From assembly GCA_037447605.1 (NCBI GenBank), contig CM074807.1, positions 4,042,829 through 4,106,828 on the forward strand: a stretch of DNA of 64,000 nt. Reading direction: 5' to 3'. Numbering within the stretch: position 1 is the first letter of the stretch; the number at the start of each line of letters is the position of its first letter. A program made the translations under genes and the position numbers. The notes beneath the pieces were generated by a model. That model searched no databases. It was given only the letters and a program-made list of their open reading frames with translations, and was not told the DNA's origin. Source of the stretch: Zygnema circumcarinatum SAG 698-1b (Eukaryota; Plantae; Zygnematophyceae). Below, piece after piece: positions 11,950-24,840 of this stretch.

Positions 11950-12529
11950 CGTCCACCGACAAAAATCGACGGCTGTTGTTTGGGGGGAACTCCGCTTGTT
12001 CTTTTCTTTTTGACTGGCGATGATCCAGTCAATGGACATCCTGTTCATTCTCCTTCAAGAAGGCTCTCCCTTGGAGCTCCAATCCATGGCGGCCCCCTCC
12101 TCTTGAAAGCTCTCTGGAGACTCACACCGTACACTTCTTGCTCTGAAAGTATGAATATTGATTTTAGCTCCACTCATATGCTCTTGGGAAATCGAAAAAT
12201 CGCAAGGATCTGATGGTTTCTGTACTTCCAAACCTCGCTGCAAGTGTCACGAAGGTGCAGCTTTTGTCCTGCTAATGTCCTATCTATCTGGGCTCTTGCT
12301 TTCCACTTTCTGATTAAATTACGGTTTAAATATCGCTTCTATGTTTGTCGCTGGCATCGTGTCCTCCCTTAAATTCGGCAGAAGAATCATTCCATTATTT
12401 GAAGTTTTTGAAGTTTTGAAGAAGTTTCTGGAAATCCCAAGCAGCATGTGTGAGGCATTCTGCCGAGATAGAGGAATGGTGGGAGAGTTGGATAGGAGAG
12501 TGAACGAGCGATGTGAGAAGTGTTTTGGT

Positions 12530-13080
12530 GAGCGGGGCGGAAGAGGCCGTAGGGGAGGAGGAGGGGAGGGAGGGAGGGAGGGAGGGAGGGAGGGAGGGGG
12601 GAAGGGGAGGAGGGGAGGGAGCGCGGAGAGATGGGGGAGGTAGGGAGGGAGGGGTGAGGAGGAAGGGGAGGGAGGGAGGGAAGGAGGGAAGGAAGGGTGG
12701 CGGAGTGAAGGGGGTGGGGGGAAGGGAGGGGGTGTGTGGGGAAGGGGGGCAGGGGTAAGAGGGAGGGGAGGTGAGGGAGGGAGGGGTGGAAGGCGGGGAA
12801 GGGGAGGGGGGGGTGTGGAAGGGGAGGCGGGGAGGGAGGTGCGGGCGGGGGAGGGAAGGGAAGGGAGGGAGGGAGGGTGGGAAAGAGAGAGGGAAGAGGG
12901 AGGGAGGAAGAGGAGTTATGAGATGGAACAGAGTTGGAGAGAGGGTATATTGGACGGAACGAATATGGGAGGGAGGAACGGAATTAAGGGAGAATCGGGG
13001 GTTGAGAGGAACAAGGGGAGATGACTGAACGGGAGGATGGGGAGGAGGAAGAGCGAAGGAGGCAGTGGGGACGAGAGAGC
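12530..13080. repeat. G/A-rich low-complexity tract
   Basis: Continuous GGGA/GGAG-type sequence; the ORFs here are G/R/E-rich artefacts. Confidence 0.85.
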
Positions 13081-13953
13081 GGGATGCAGTAAAGGTTTTT
13101 TTTCGTTACGAGAGTTGCGTGCGTATCGATAAGGGCATCGCAGAAATAATCCGGTCTTTTTTCCTAGCAAATGAGATGTGTGAGATGAAATGTGGGATTT
13201 AAGACCGTACATTTAGGGTTCAGCGAATGTTTGCACGAGTATCTATCTTATGACGTAGTCAGTCTGGTAGATCAATGACAGTGTCAAGCCGGAAGAGGAA
13301 ATCTCTTGCGTGACTAATAACGCTCTGAAGCTTTCGGAGTGGTAGAGGAGTGGAGAAGTCAATTTTGATTAGATAGATGGCAGTACGCCCATTCTTTTTC
13401 TATTTTGAAGCTTATGTGGAGTTCATATGAGGCTAGAGAAGAAATATAGGAAATAAGGTGATGGGTATTTTTGCAAATATGAAGGTCTTTATTTACTGCC
13501 CACAAGTGACTTGTTCCTTTCGCTAGATGAGTGGTATGTTGACTTCCTAGGGCTGGGCTGGTCGATTTCTGCCAGATAGGCTGTTGTTTGTTGTTCTGCA
13601 CATTAGGACTATCGTATGGTTGTTTCAGTAGTCTACGCAGAGAGGTCGACTTTTTTGCTTGTGCTTATATGGAGCTCCTTTTCTGTAGCACAGAAAGCCA
13701 GTATCTTTCAGGATCTGGCTGGTGCATGTTCAGAATTTCTGAAGGGTTGGGCTTGTTCTTAGGCTTTGTGTGCTTTTATTCAGCTACGGCTGAATTGAAG
13801 CTTTTCTGAGTCCAGATTGGCCCAAACAGTCGACTTATCGTCTCTTTTCGGGTTTCTTTTTTTCTTCTTGTAGGTGGCCTTCTACTCCCAATTAAACCAA
13901 ACATTTGTGAGTGAAAATCTTGTAAGAATTTTGTTAATCTGAAGGTAAAAAAA

Positions 13954-15012
13954 ATGGCTGCTATCAGCTCAGAAGATGTATCGAGAAGTTCTGTTGGAGG
14001 ACTGAAGCGGAGCGGGGGACCTCCTGCAAACCAAATCCCGAAAAAGATTGGAAAGAAGGAAAGGAAAGGAAAGGAGCCTCGCCCTCCAATAGAAGAGCCT
14101 CCCACTCAAGTGATCCAAACGGATGCAGCCCACTTTCGAATGCTTGTGCAGGAGCTCACATCTGGGAAATCTCCAACTCCTCCCTCTCCCCCTCCCTCTC
14201 TCTCCCCCGCTTCTTCTCCACTAAGTTCGCCCTCTGCTATCACGCCAAAAACAAACCAAAGGTTGAGAAGTCTAGCTCCTCCTCCCATTCGACCTATTCC
14301 TTCTCCAGCCGCCCAGGGATTTAGGCCTGTTCCCCCCCGAAACAGCTCATTATCTGGAAATACCGCAAATGTTCCACAGGATGATACTACTAGCTCTGCC
14401 GAGGGTCCCTCTAGTAGCCTGCAGGGACCCTCTAGTAGCCTGCAGGGACCCTCCAGTAGCCTGCAGGGACCCTCCAGTAGCCTGCACGGACACTCCAGTA
14501 GCCTGCAGGGACCCTCCAGTAGCCTGCAGGGACCCTCGAATAGCATAAGTCCAGGAAGCAACAATACCAGTATGCCTCAGTTTCCAATGGCTGGTATGCC
14601 TGGCTCTCCTTTCGCCCTTTTCTCTCCCCATCTTCTCTCTCCGCTAGCACTACTCTCTCCCCGAGACCTTTTTTGGGCAGGATTTCCGGAATCTCCGGGC
14701 AGCTTAGCAATGAAGGAAATGGCTATGATGGCTATGGCTCAAGCGATGGGAGCTAGAGATGCGAATGGGGTCCCTATGGGCCGCCAAGAAAATTTTCCGC
14801 AGCCGGGCGGCATGATGCCATGCCCTTCTCCAACAAGCATGCATCCCATGCTTCATTCCGGATATGGGGCCATGTTTCCTGCATTTCCAGCTGGGTTCGG
14901 TTTAGCACCACAGATGACTATGACTACTGCATCGATGCCGATTTCGCCTCCGGGATATTACGGGGATCGACTATATGATCCAACGAAAGGACCACCGGAT
15001 GGCCCGTCTTAG
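13954..15012 (+). CDS. VQ-motif-containing protein, intronless, 352 aa
   Basis: TQVIQTDAAHFRMLVQELTSG matches the VQ motif FxxxVQxLTG; the remainder is Pro/Ser-rich and disordered; a single exon is typical of the family. Confidence 0.85.
   Translation: MAAISSEDVSRSSVGGLKRSGGPPANQIPKKIGKKERKGKEPRPPIEEPPTQVIQTDAAHFRMLVQELTSGKSPTPPSPPPSLSPASSPLSSPSAITPKTNQRLRSLAPPPIRPIPSPAAQGFRPVPPRNSSLSGNTANVPQDDTTSSAEGPSSSLQGPSSSLQGPSSSLQGPSSSLHGHSSSLQGPSSSLQGPSNSISPGSNNTSMPQFPMAGMPGSPFALFSPHLLSPLALLSPRDLFWAGFPESPGSLAMKEMAMMAMAQAMGARDANGVPMGRQENFPQPGGMMPCPSPTSMHPMLHSGYGAMFPAFPAGFGLAPQMTMTTASMPISPPGYYGDRLYDPTKGPPDGPS
14403..14544 (+). repeat. Coding 21-bp minisatellite, about 7 units (GPSSSLQ)n
   Basis: Unit GGACCCTCCAGTAGCCTGCAG with few variants, in frame within the VQ gene. 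Confidence 0.9.
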
Positions 15013-16202
15013 GGTCTTTAGGGTTCCATGGATGTGAGAGCCAGCATAGGAGCAGCTGGTATTACGCTGTGAAGTGAATCTCGGATATGCTCGCATGGAG
15101 GGAAGGAGGTGAACTGGGAGTCCCTTTTACTCAGTTCAGGGACCCATCGGTGGGAGTCTGGTTAATCCAGCTGGAGATGAGAGAGAGACTTTACAAATGT
15201 AAGGCATTGAAGGCAGCTGTTGAGACCAACCGGAAATGCAATGGCTGGCGGTATTGCTAAGCGTCGAACCTAAGAATTCGATCTTCAAGGGTGAGAGTAG
15301 GATCTAAGCTGCTCACTGGGCACTGTTGTAAATGGCAAAAGCGTTTGAACCGCTCTATAGACGGGATTTGGCGGGTTGTACTTTCGTTGCTTACTCTAGG
15401 CTAGGAAGGTGGGGGCTGCTGTTTCTAGCTTTGCGTTTCGCCGTATCTAGATATCCCGGAGATGGATGTAGTAAAAATTAGGGTACTTTTAGTTTCTGTA
15501 GGGGAAAAAGACGAATGGGATAATCCGCAAGGCGAGGCGGGGAGAGGGTGGGAAGAGGGAAGGAGGGAGGCAGGGAGCGGGGGAGGGAGGGAGGGAGGAG
15601 GGAGGGAGGGAGGGAAGTACGCCTGTGAAGGCTGCTCGTACACGATAGGCAGCATCAGGAAGGGTGATTTTTAGTGTTTTTTTTTCTCCTCCCTTTGTTT
15701 TTGTCCTCGAAAAGCTCGTCCTAAGCGGCCTTCCCTTTTGGCAGAGGCAATGGCGCGTTGCCTCGGTACAGGGTTTGATGGAAGTGAAATGAAATCTAGA
15801 AGGCGTAATTTCTTCCGAGGCAGCAACATGCCGTTTGTACCAGTTTATTTGGAAATAACGTAGGCCAAGTGGACCAATTGAATTGTTATACCATTCTGAA
15901 TGCAATCACTTTTTGATACCAAAAGGAGGATGGGCTAGAGCGAGATCCATGAACTGGAAATTTCAAAGCTGTCAATCTGGGTCTGCCATGTAAGCGGTTT
16001 GCCAAATAGCTTACATGTAGACAGACCCACATGGAACCCCAAATACCCAAAAGCCCTAACCGCCCCAACCGCCTCCATTCAAAGTGAGTAATGGTCAATT
16101 ACACATGAAAATAGGAACCCACCCATTGAGGAATGACCTTCAGAACTGGGCAGTTTTGGTAAGTACCCCTAGAATGAATTCACCAAAATTGAAGGGTATC
16201 AT

Positions 16203-16256
16203 CCAATGTCCTTCTGCCACGTATTCAAATATGTATACGTGGCGACTCGTGACTGG
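16203..16256. promoter_or_regulatory. Symmetric double CCAAT/G-box module upstream of OSB
   Basis: CCAAT-N8-GCCACGT-N14-ACGTGGC-N8-ACTGG, 74 bp before the ATG at 16330. Confidence 0.55.
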
Positions 16257-16329
16257 CAGATTTCACTTATATTAAAATTCAGCCTTTCTCATTGTGGAAG
16301 GTCTTCAGCGATTCGTGGCAGAAGCAGCC

Positions 16330-18578
16330 ATGGCTGCTCTGAAGCTTCCCCCCCTCTTCCTTCAGTCTCCTTCTTTCTCTCCTTCAGCAGAGAAAGTAAC
16401 CCTTCTCTGTAAAGCAGGTGGAGCCCTTTGCCCCTCTCTCCGTGCATCTCTCTCATGTCATCAACCCCTTGTGCTTTCGTCCTCTACTATCACATCAACG
16501 AGCACAGCTTTTGTGAGTTGGAAATTCGTCTCAAGGAGAAAAAAAGGAAGGAATGTGAATTCTATCTCTGCTATGTATAGGCAGGGCTACGACCAGCAAG
16601 TGCTCAATGAAATGGGCGACGAAGAGGGAGAAATACAGACAGTTCAATATGATAGGAGTAAGCAAAACAGAGTTTCATTAATTGGAATTATTGAAGAGGA
16701 GCCGGAAGTTCACTGGGCGGATGACGGCACATGCTGGACAGAGTCTTCTTTGCGCGTTTCAAATCGATCGGGTGAAGATGATATGTGAGAGCTCAGCACC
16801 TGAACTCGTCATTTGCCAGGTTCTTACAAATTGGAACAGGCTCTAGAATATTGGGCATTTAAATGGTCGGGTTTTGCTGAGGAGCTCCATTGAATGAATG
16901 AGTGAAGATTGCTAACCGTTCTAAAATTTGAATTTGCTGAGATGAAGGTGAAGGTTATATGTTAAGCTACGGTTATGTTAGAGGCTTCTGTATCATGGTT
17001 TGGAGAATTCGGATTCCGCTTTTTACAGTAAGAGAGTATAAAACGGAACTCATGTATGCAGGTTCGTTAAGGCTCATTTTCTGTGGAATATAAGGTCTTT
17101 ATTTCAGCACACCCACTCTCACCACAAAGCATTTCAGTAACATTCTGCTCAGCCATGCAAGCTCCCTTTGTTTTCTCCTTGTTTTTTCATTTGCCCTAGT
17201 TTCTTGTGTCATGGTGTTGTCTAAGCCTGCTAAAAAATGGTGGGAAAATATTGGCACTCTTCATACGCTCATGTTCAAACTTGATACGAAACATAAGCAG
17301 TATCTTGTCATCATCGCATTAATGTGGAGAACAAACTGCGCTGACTTCCTCGCCAATTTTTAAGGCCCTGTTGCTTATTGTTTGGGATTGTTTTCTGGCA
17401 GATATGTTCTCGAGATTGAAGGAAATTCGAATGGAAACGACTCCTTTGCAGAATTAGTCGCTAATAATGTCTTTATGGGAGATGAAGTTCTTGTGGAAGG
17501 CTCCTTCCAATTCCGACAGCTCCCGCCTGATTCTCGAAGAGAGGAGCGCTGTCCTGTGGTAGGTGTATGCTCCATTTTTTACTGACCTATGCGTCCACTT
17601 TGCCATTCTCCCTTTCTTTTTTTTTTTTTTTTTTGCTTTTTAAGGCAGTTTGTAATATAAGCCTGTGTGCAACAGATCATTGTAGATAAGCTCTTTAAAG
17701 TGGAGCGTAAATCATCTCAGAAATCACCACCTCGCAGCCGTCCCTCCCCTAAGGTTGAAGGTGAGGGAGCATTTCCCAACACCCTCTAACGTCAACCGTC
17801 GTCCTCTTGGCAGTTTTCATGGCAGCAGTTCTGAGTCGTATAGTAACTGGTTTTTTCCTTTACTGAGACTGTCATATCCAGACTGAAGCTATTGACAAAT
17901 GGTGAATGAGGCAGTGATAGTTCATAAAGTTTCGTAATGTTTTGCTGGCATACATTGCAAACTTTTGAATTCATCGGTATTATATATATCCTTTTTTTTG
18001 CTTTGGTTTTTTACTTTGAGGAATGAGTTTGAGTTGTTCCCACGGACCCAAGTGGATCCTCTTGACTTGACTGATCAAAGGGAGTGAAATTCCATGCAGT
18101 GAATCCAGCTGCTCCAGTTGGTCCTCGGTTCGCCCGTGGGAGCATGGAAGAAGAGTGGAGGAACTTCTTTGAGCACCCCGAAGAGTATTGGGACAATCGA
18201 AAAAACAAGGTGAGTGCCGTCTTCTCGGCCCTTGGCACCACTCCCTATTCCGCTGAGTAAAGGGAGAGTGGCCGAGTCACCCCCCACTCCTCCCCCCCCT
18301 CTCTCTCCCCATCTATCTATACTGGCTCCCACCCCCCCCCCCCCCCTCCTCTGTCTCTGTCTCTCCTTCTCAGTGCGTGTTTGCATATTTGTCTGCGTTA
18401 GAAGAGCATGCACAGTGACTGGTGATGGGTGAGAATGGCCATGCAGGCTTCGGACCGCTCTCCCGACTTCAAGCACAAAACAAGGGCTGTAGCACTTTGG
18501 CTTGACTCCAGAGCCCTGCCTTTTTGGGTGCGCGACCGCCTGAATGTCCTCGACAATCGGAGAAACGCTTCAGACTGA
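16330..18578 (+). CDS. Organellar single-stranded DNA-binding protein (OSB/PTAC9 family), 5 exons, one PDF motif
   Basis: Transit-peptide-like N-terminus; OB-fold (NRVSLIGII...WTESSLRV; FAELVANNV..GDEVLVEGSF); PDF motif across the last intron: WRNFFEHPEEYWDNRKNK|ASDRSPDFKHKTRAVALWL...PFWV. Confidence 0.85.
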
Positions 18579-18902
18579 CATCTCAAATTGATAGGTGTAG
18601 CTCACATAGAAGTACGCACAGTCCTTTTAGACATCATTTTCGTCCTATATCCAATAATTGGATGTAATGCGTCCACATGTATAGTTGCGATTCCGCAATC
18701 TTAATGCGCTTTACCTCCTGTATGTTGTCCTTTGTTTTGGTTTATAGTTCCGTTTTGCGCCATGTGATGGTCGTCTCATGTGTGGCAGGCATATGACAAG
18801 GCCCAAGGTACACATCTATGATGGAAAGGAGAATCAACATAACCCTTGCCATTGCAGACATGATGATTACATAGCATCCATGATGGCTTGCCTTTTTGGA
18901 TG

Positions 18903-21900
18903 CTAAGCCTCTTTACCAGCCTTAGGGTGCGCAATCCCTTGAAGAATAGTCAAAGCCTCCTTCCGAATCTGTATCCCATATGCACCTCACAGCCACAACG
19001 CTACATATTGGAACCCAATCAAAGACATCCTTCACAAACCATGTTGACCTTATTCAGTTCACCGTCTTACAAACGCGAATGATGTATTTCTATGTTGAAG
19101 ACGAGCCTCAGCATAATACAGAGCGGAAGGGCCTAAAGGATGGAGTTTCATTACCCACTCAAGTTGCTGCAAGCCCCTCGGCTCAGGATTCGAATAAAGC
19201 TCCGCCGTTACCTGGAGTCCCCCGTAAAGCTTTATATAAGTATACTGAAAATTCACTTGGCTTTGCTGCACACATGATCAATCTCTCAGTAGAGAGACAA
19301 ACAGAGATCGAGAGAGAGAGAGAGACGGAAGGAAGAGAGAGAGAGGAAGATAGGGGGAGAAGGGGGGAAGTGAGAAGAATGGGAATTCGTATGCTTTAGT
19401 ATTGAGGAGAGGTGGCCGAGATGCCACCTTAGTGAGTGAATCCAAGAAGGCGCCGGGCCTCACAGGAAGTTCGTCCTTTGCCTTCTTTTTCTGATTCCAC
19501 ATACATTCAAAGCAGAGACCCCCCATGGATGAAACTGAGATCAGTCGTCTCATTTTCTCTCTCTCTATCTACTGCATAAACTGTAGAAGAGGATAGACTC
19601 AGAGCAAAGATTAAGCCTGAAGGCTAGAAGGAAACGAGGAAAGGAAACAGAAAAATAACTAGCTGCTCAGTAATGCTAAGGTTCCATCCCAGAAGACAGA
19701 GGGAAAATGAACCATACCTTGTGCCTCTTCTCTTTTTGCTCTCCCTCTTCCACCTTCATTTCTTCAGCTTCGAGCTTCACTTCCTCAACTGGGAGATCTT
19801 TCCCATCAGCTTCTCCCATAAAAACCTCCGAAATTCGCAAGTGAAGATTTGGACGGCTCATAGCCATCAGGTCAGCCATCAAATTCACCTGGAAATGAGG
19901 GAGAAGAAGCGAGAGGGAGGGAGGGGGGGAGGAAGAGAGAGGGGGTAAGGGAGGGAGGGAGGGGGAGGGAGACATAACGTCATGTAGCAGAAAAATGGGA
20001 CAAGGTCTACACAGCATCCCCAGTTTCAGTCCTATGAAAGACACATATATTATGTTCAACCTTTTGACAGGCCTATGTTGTTTGAGATGATGGATGGATT
20101 GCCGAACGCTCAAAAAGGAAGGAACGAAGATGGGGATCAATGGGAGACTGGAAAAATGGGAGAGCACGAGAGGGGGAGATGGACACAAAATGGGGCTGCA
20201 AAATGGAGGAAAAAGGACAGGTCGCAAGACGGAAATGAATGGAGAATGTGAGACTAAGTGACATGGAGGGCGACAAGGGGAAGGTACGGAAAGGGAGAGA
20301 AAACACACATGCTTCCGCGGCACATTACGGAACTTCCGTGTATCGTTCCGGGGATCCAAAACTCCACCTGCCATGAAGCTGCGAGCTTCCTCCCTTACAA
20401 TTACAAGGCGGGCCAACAGCTGTCTGTCTCGTACACTGCGCTCCTCCTCCATAGCCTACATGGGACGAAGAGAGGGATGGAAACAGGAGAGAAAGATGAA
20501 GAGAGCGGGAGAGAGTCAAAGATAGCCTACATGGGACGAAGAGAGGGATGGAAACAGGAGAGAAAGATGGAGAGAGCGGGAGAGAGTCAAAGATAGCCTA
20601 CATGGGACGAAGAGAGGGATGGAAACAGGAGAGAAAGATGGAGAGAGCGGGAGAGAGTCAAAGATAGCCTACATGGGACGAAGAGAGGGATGGAAACAGG
20701 AGAGAAAGAGAGAGCGGGAGAGAGTGGAGAGAGATGGAAACAGGAGAGAAAGATGGAGAGAGCGGGAGAGAGTCAAAGATAGCCTACATGGGACGAAGAG
20801 AGGGATGGAAACAGGAGAGAAAGATGGAGAGAGCGGGAGAGAGTCAAAGATAGCCTACATGGGACGAAGAGAGGGATGGAAACAGGAGAGAAAGATGGAG
20901 AGAGCGGGAGAGAGTCAAAGATAGCCTACATGGGACGAAGAGAGGGATGGAAACAGGAGAGAAAGATGGAGAGAGCGGGAGAGAGTCAAAGATAGCCTAC
21001 ATGGGACGAAGAGAGGGATGGAAACAGGAGAGAAAGATGGAGAGAGCGGGAGAGAGTCAAAGATAGCCTACATGGGACGAAGAGAGGGATGGAAACAGGA
21101 GAGAAAGATGGAGAGAGCGGGAGAGAGTCAAAGATAGCCTACATGGGACGAAGAGAGGGATGGAAACAGGAGAGAAAGATGGAGAGAGCGGGAGAGAGTC
21201 AAAGATAGCCTACATGGGACGAAGAGAGGGATGGAAACAGGAGAGAAAGATGGAGAGAGCGGGAGAGAGTCAAAGATAGCCTACATGGGACGAAGAGAGG
21301 GATGGAAACAGGAGAGAAAGATGGAGAGAGCGGGAGAGAGTCAAAGATAGCCTACATGGGACGAAGAGAGGGATGGAAACAGGAGAGAAAGATGGAGAGA
21401 GCGGGAGAGAGTCAAAGATAGCCTACATGGGACGAAGAGAGGGATGGAAACAGGAGAGAAAGATGGAGAGAGCGGGAGAGAGTCAAAGATAGCCTACATG
21501 GAACGAAGAGAGGGATGGAAACAGGAGAGAAAGATGGAGAGAGCGGGAGAGAGTCAAAGATAGCCTACATGGGACGAAGAGAGGGATGGAAACAGGAGAG
21601 AAAGATGGAGAGTGCGGGAGAACAGGAGAGGAGAGGGATGGAAACAGGAGAGAAAGATGGAGAGAGCGGGAGAGAGTCAAAGATAGCCTACATGGGACGA
21701 AGAGAGCGGGAGAGAGTCAAAGATAGCCTACATGGGACGAAGAGAGGGATGGAAACAGGAGAGAAAGATGGAGAGAGCGGGAGAGAGTCAAAGATAGCCT
21801 ACATGGGACGAAGAGAGGGATGGAAACAGGAGAGAAAGATGGAGAGAGCGGGAGAGAGTCAAAGATAGCCTACATGGGACGAAGAGAGGGATGGAAACAG

Positions 21901-24484
21901 GAGAGAAAGATGGAGAGAGCGGGAGAGAGTCAAAGATAGCCTACATGGGACGAAGAGAGGGATGGAAACAGGAGAAGAAGATGGAGAGAGCGGGAGAGAG
22001 TCAAAGATAGCCTACATGGGACGAAGAGAGGGATGGAAACAGGAGAAGAAGATGGAGAGAGCGGGAGAGAGTCAAAGATAGCCTACATGGGACGAAGAGA
22101 GGGATGGAAACAGGAGAAGAAGATGGAGAAAGCGGGAGAGAGTCAAAGATAGCCTACATGGGACGACGAGGGATGGAAACAGGAGTAGAAGATGGAGAGA
22201 GCGGGAGAGAGTCAAAGAAATGGAGGAAAAGCAGAAGAAGCAAGTTTCTCATTTCCCTTTGATCCACTTGTCTACATCAAACAAGGATTTTTGTGACTCA
22301 CCTGAATGAGGTCGTCCGATTGCTGAATTATTTCGTCAAGGCTGCTGCCCGGAACCTCCAAATTTGCGCCCGTCACGGTATCAAAAACTCCGCCCCCACA
22401 AATTGCGCGTCTCAAAATTTCTTGCCGATTTTTTTTTGAGTCCGTGATTGTCAAAAGGCTCACTACGCGCACCTGGCCACCATTCTTAAGTCATAAACTC
22501 TGCATTTGAATTGAAGGCCCTAAAAACCTGAAACTCAAAGAGTCCTGAAATCCTGAATTTCCTGAAGCCTAGGAAATTTTGAAAAGTAAAGGACCATTGA
22601 CTGGCAGGTAAAAATGGCGAAGACCTTATGAAACTCAAGAAAATTGACACTTGCATGCGTGCGAACCTTTTCACTTAAAGAAAGATAGGGCAAACGAAGA
22701 AACTCTTGTTTTTTTCCGAATTGGCACAACTTGTTTGTCAGAATCACCAACATTAGATTCCACGAGATTAGATTTTTCTAAAAGGCGCACCTGAGGAGGA
22801 AATTGATTTGCCAACTGCGCCAACACCTCTGCCTTTACCGTCTCCAAAATCTCCTTACGCTGCACAAAATTGCAAGAGGTAAACATCAGCAAAAGAAAAC
22901 GGAAAGAAGTAAGCAAATGAAACGTCTTAATGTCCTTACCTGCTCATCCTTTTCTGAATCCCTTAGCTCCACGTCAATAGCCATCAAGAAAGTCCTGTCG
23001 AGCCTCTCCAGATGCTTCTTCACTGCCACCTTAACACTGTACAGAAGTGCTTCCTTTTCATCCATGCCGTCGTCCTCCTGCATCTCCTCCATCTGAAGCC
23101 GCACAAATTGTTGAAAGCTTGAATTGAGAGGAGAGAGGACGAAAGAAAGAGAATGGGGAGGAAAAGGGGAGGGGAAGAGGGCAGGCAGAAGAATAGGAGA
23201 GGGAAAGAGGGAGAGGAAGGAATGAGGGAGGATAGGAAAGGAGAGCAGGGCAGGAGGATAGGAGACGAGAGGAAGGGAGAGGAGAATGGTAAAGGAGGAA
23301 AAGGAAGGACCGGAGAGGAAGGAGGTAGGAGAGGAAAGGGAAGCGATAGGAATGAATTTGAAAGGGAAGGGAAAGGAAAGGGGAAAAGAAAAGGGGAAAG
23401 GTAAGAGGGGAGGAAAGAGAGCACATAAATGTTAGGGAATGGAGCAACCAACTATATCACCCAGTTGTTGTAAGCTTTCTAAGGTTGGAGTTAAAATAAC
23501 TGGAGCGCTTTCTCCATTTGCAAGTTGATTGATCATAGGTATGATTGCAGAGGATGAATATTGCCAACAAATGAAAGTTTGAGGTGGTTAAAAAAACAGT
23601 CGAGGTGAGTGTTTAAAGGTGTACTAGCACGTTAGGTGTCTGGCATGAGAAGTTGTGACCGATTATGCCAACTCATTGCTGTGGATGTGGGAGCTGGCCC
23701 CTTGGTGACGCATGTGCCTGTAACACACGGGAATGTGCTCATATAACAATGTTCCATAATTCATGGAGCATTGTTATGTTCCTTGTTGTTATGTTCCTCC
23801 GAACTGGAAGTGCCCACACACAGATTGTTGAATACAGTACATGACGAAAAGAAGTGGTTTGTTTCAGTACTCCCCTTCGTGCAGGCCAACACAATAGAAG
23901 TGAATGTGTAATATGCGGAAAAGGGGCGGATCATGGCATTAGCGTATGGTCATAAGAAAGAGTAAGGTGTTCGTGTTTTTTCCCCATTCTCATGTTGGAA
24001 ATGGACTCACTTTGTCAGCCATGGTTTTGAGAACTTCATTGACATCATCTCTGCCGCGCAAAAAAGCGACAAAAGGAAGCAGCTCAGGGTGCTCTTCTGC
24101 GAGAGACTCCGGAGTCATCTTGCTGGCAGAGCAGCAGCATCCATGCCTGCTCCCTCGCCTCCCTCTCCCCCTCTCTCTTCTCCCGCTGCTTGGCAATCTC
24201 CTCGCGGCTTCAATACTGAACGCTCCAAGCGCATCAAAAAATCCCCTGGAGTTTTTAGCCTCACTAGAACATACGACAAAGTGATCATATAGACGAAATC
24301 TAGTGAGAATCTCCACTCTGTCATAAGCTTTAGGGCAAAAGTGCGGAGATTTGCAGCTGGTTTTCGGGTAATTGATTGGCCTGCCGCTGCTGCAAGCAAT
24401 CTCACGAACATTAGAAAAGGATAAAGGAAAAAAGTGGCATGAGATACGGTCGGCAGGCAGCCTTGGATAGCTGCAGGAAGCCAT
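18903..24484 (-). CDS. PRDA1: PEP-RELATED DEVELOPMENT ARRESTED 1-like plastid nucleoid protein; 9 phase-0 exons (24484-24011, 23092-22940, 22859-22791, 22472-22302, 20455-20309, 19888-19718, 19490-19428, 19211-19155, 18968-18903)
   Basis: Collinear motifs: RKEILETVKAEVL, RQEILRRAICGGG, DRQLLARLVIVREEARSFMAGGVLDPRND, PVRPGAFLDSLTK, LQQLEW; every exon length is a multiple of 3. Confidence 0.85.
20450..22218 (-). repeat. Intronic 71-bp tandem array (about 24 units), each unit a copy of the exon-5 3' splice site
   Basis: GATAGCCTACATGGGACG... recurs at 20450 (variant), 20521, 20592, 20663, 20778 and onward to 22148; the minus-strand unit ends CCCATGTAG|GCTAT, identical to the true acceptor at 20457/20455. 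Confidence 0.9.
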
Positions 24485-24820
24485 GGCAGGAGTGATAGGA
24501 GACTTATGCAAAGCTTCAGACTTCAAGAGCACCAAGGCTTCCCATGTAATTCAGCGTGCAACATTACGGTCCTGCAGCTGTGGAAATTTGGTGATACTGA
24601 ACTGTAAACTGGTTCGCCGTTACATAAATCACAAGTACGGCATAATGGAACAAAAACAGAACGGGCAAACTCTTGAATACATGTATATGTACGCCATTAA
24701 TAAGACAAGGTACAGTACGGTCATACATGGCAACGTGGCGCCACGTGTCAATCCAAGCGGGCAATCCGCTCCTCCAACGGTCCAACCAGTCCCCTACGGG
24801 ACGGGCCCGATGATCCGGCC

Positions 24821-24840
24821 ACGTGGTAGAAACCCATTGG
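24821..24840 (-). promoter_or_regulatory. CCAAT-N9-CCACGT composite element
   Basis: Reverse complement reads CCAAT gggtttcta CCACGT; lies in the PRDA1/KAS I divergent promoter. Confidence 0.55.

Noticed and set aside
12030-12243. Short ORFs on both strands (e.g. MDILFILLQEG...APSS*)
   Set aside because: No family motif or supported exon structure; a uORF or UTR exon cannot be established from sequence alone.
20619-21868. Repetitive plus-strand ORFs (METGEKDGESGRESK...)
   Set aside because: Antisense translations of the intronic tandem repeat.
20450-22218. 71-bp array as a CRISPR array or as recursive-splicing ratchet points
   Set aside because: There are no unique spacers and the context is eukaryotic; the bases after each AG are GCTATC, not a GT or GCAAG-type donor.
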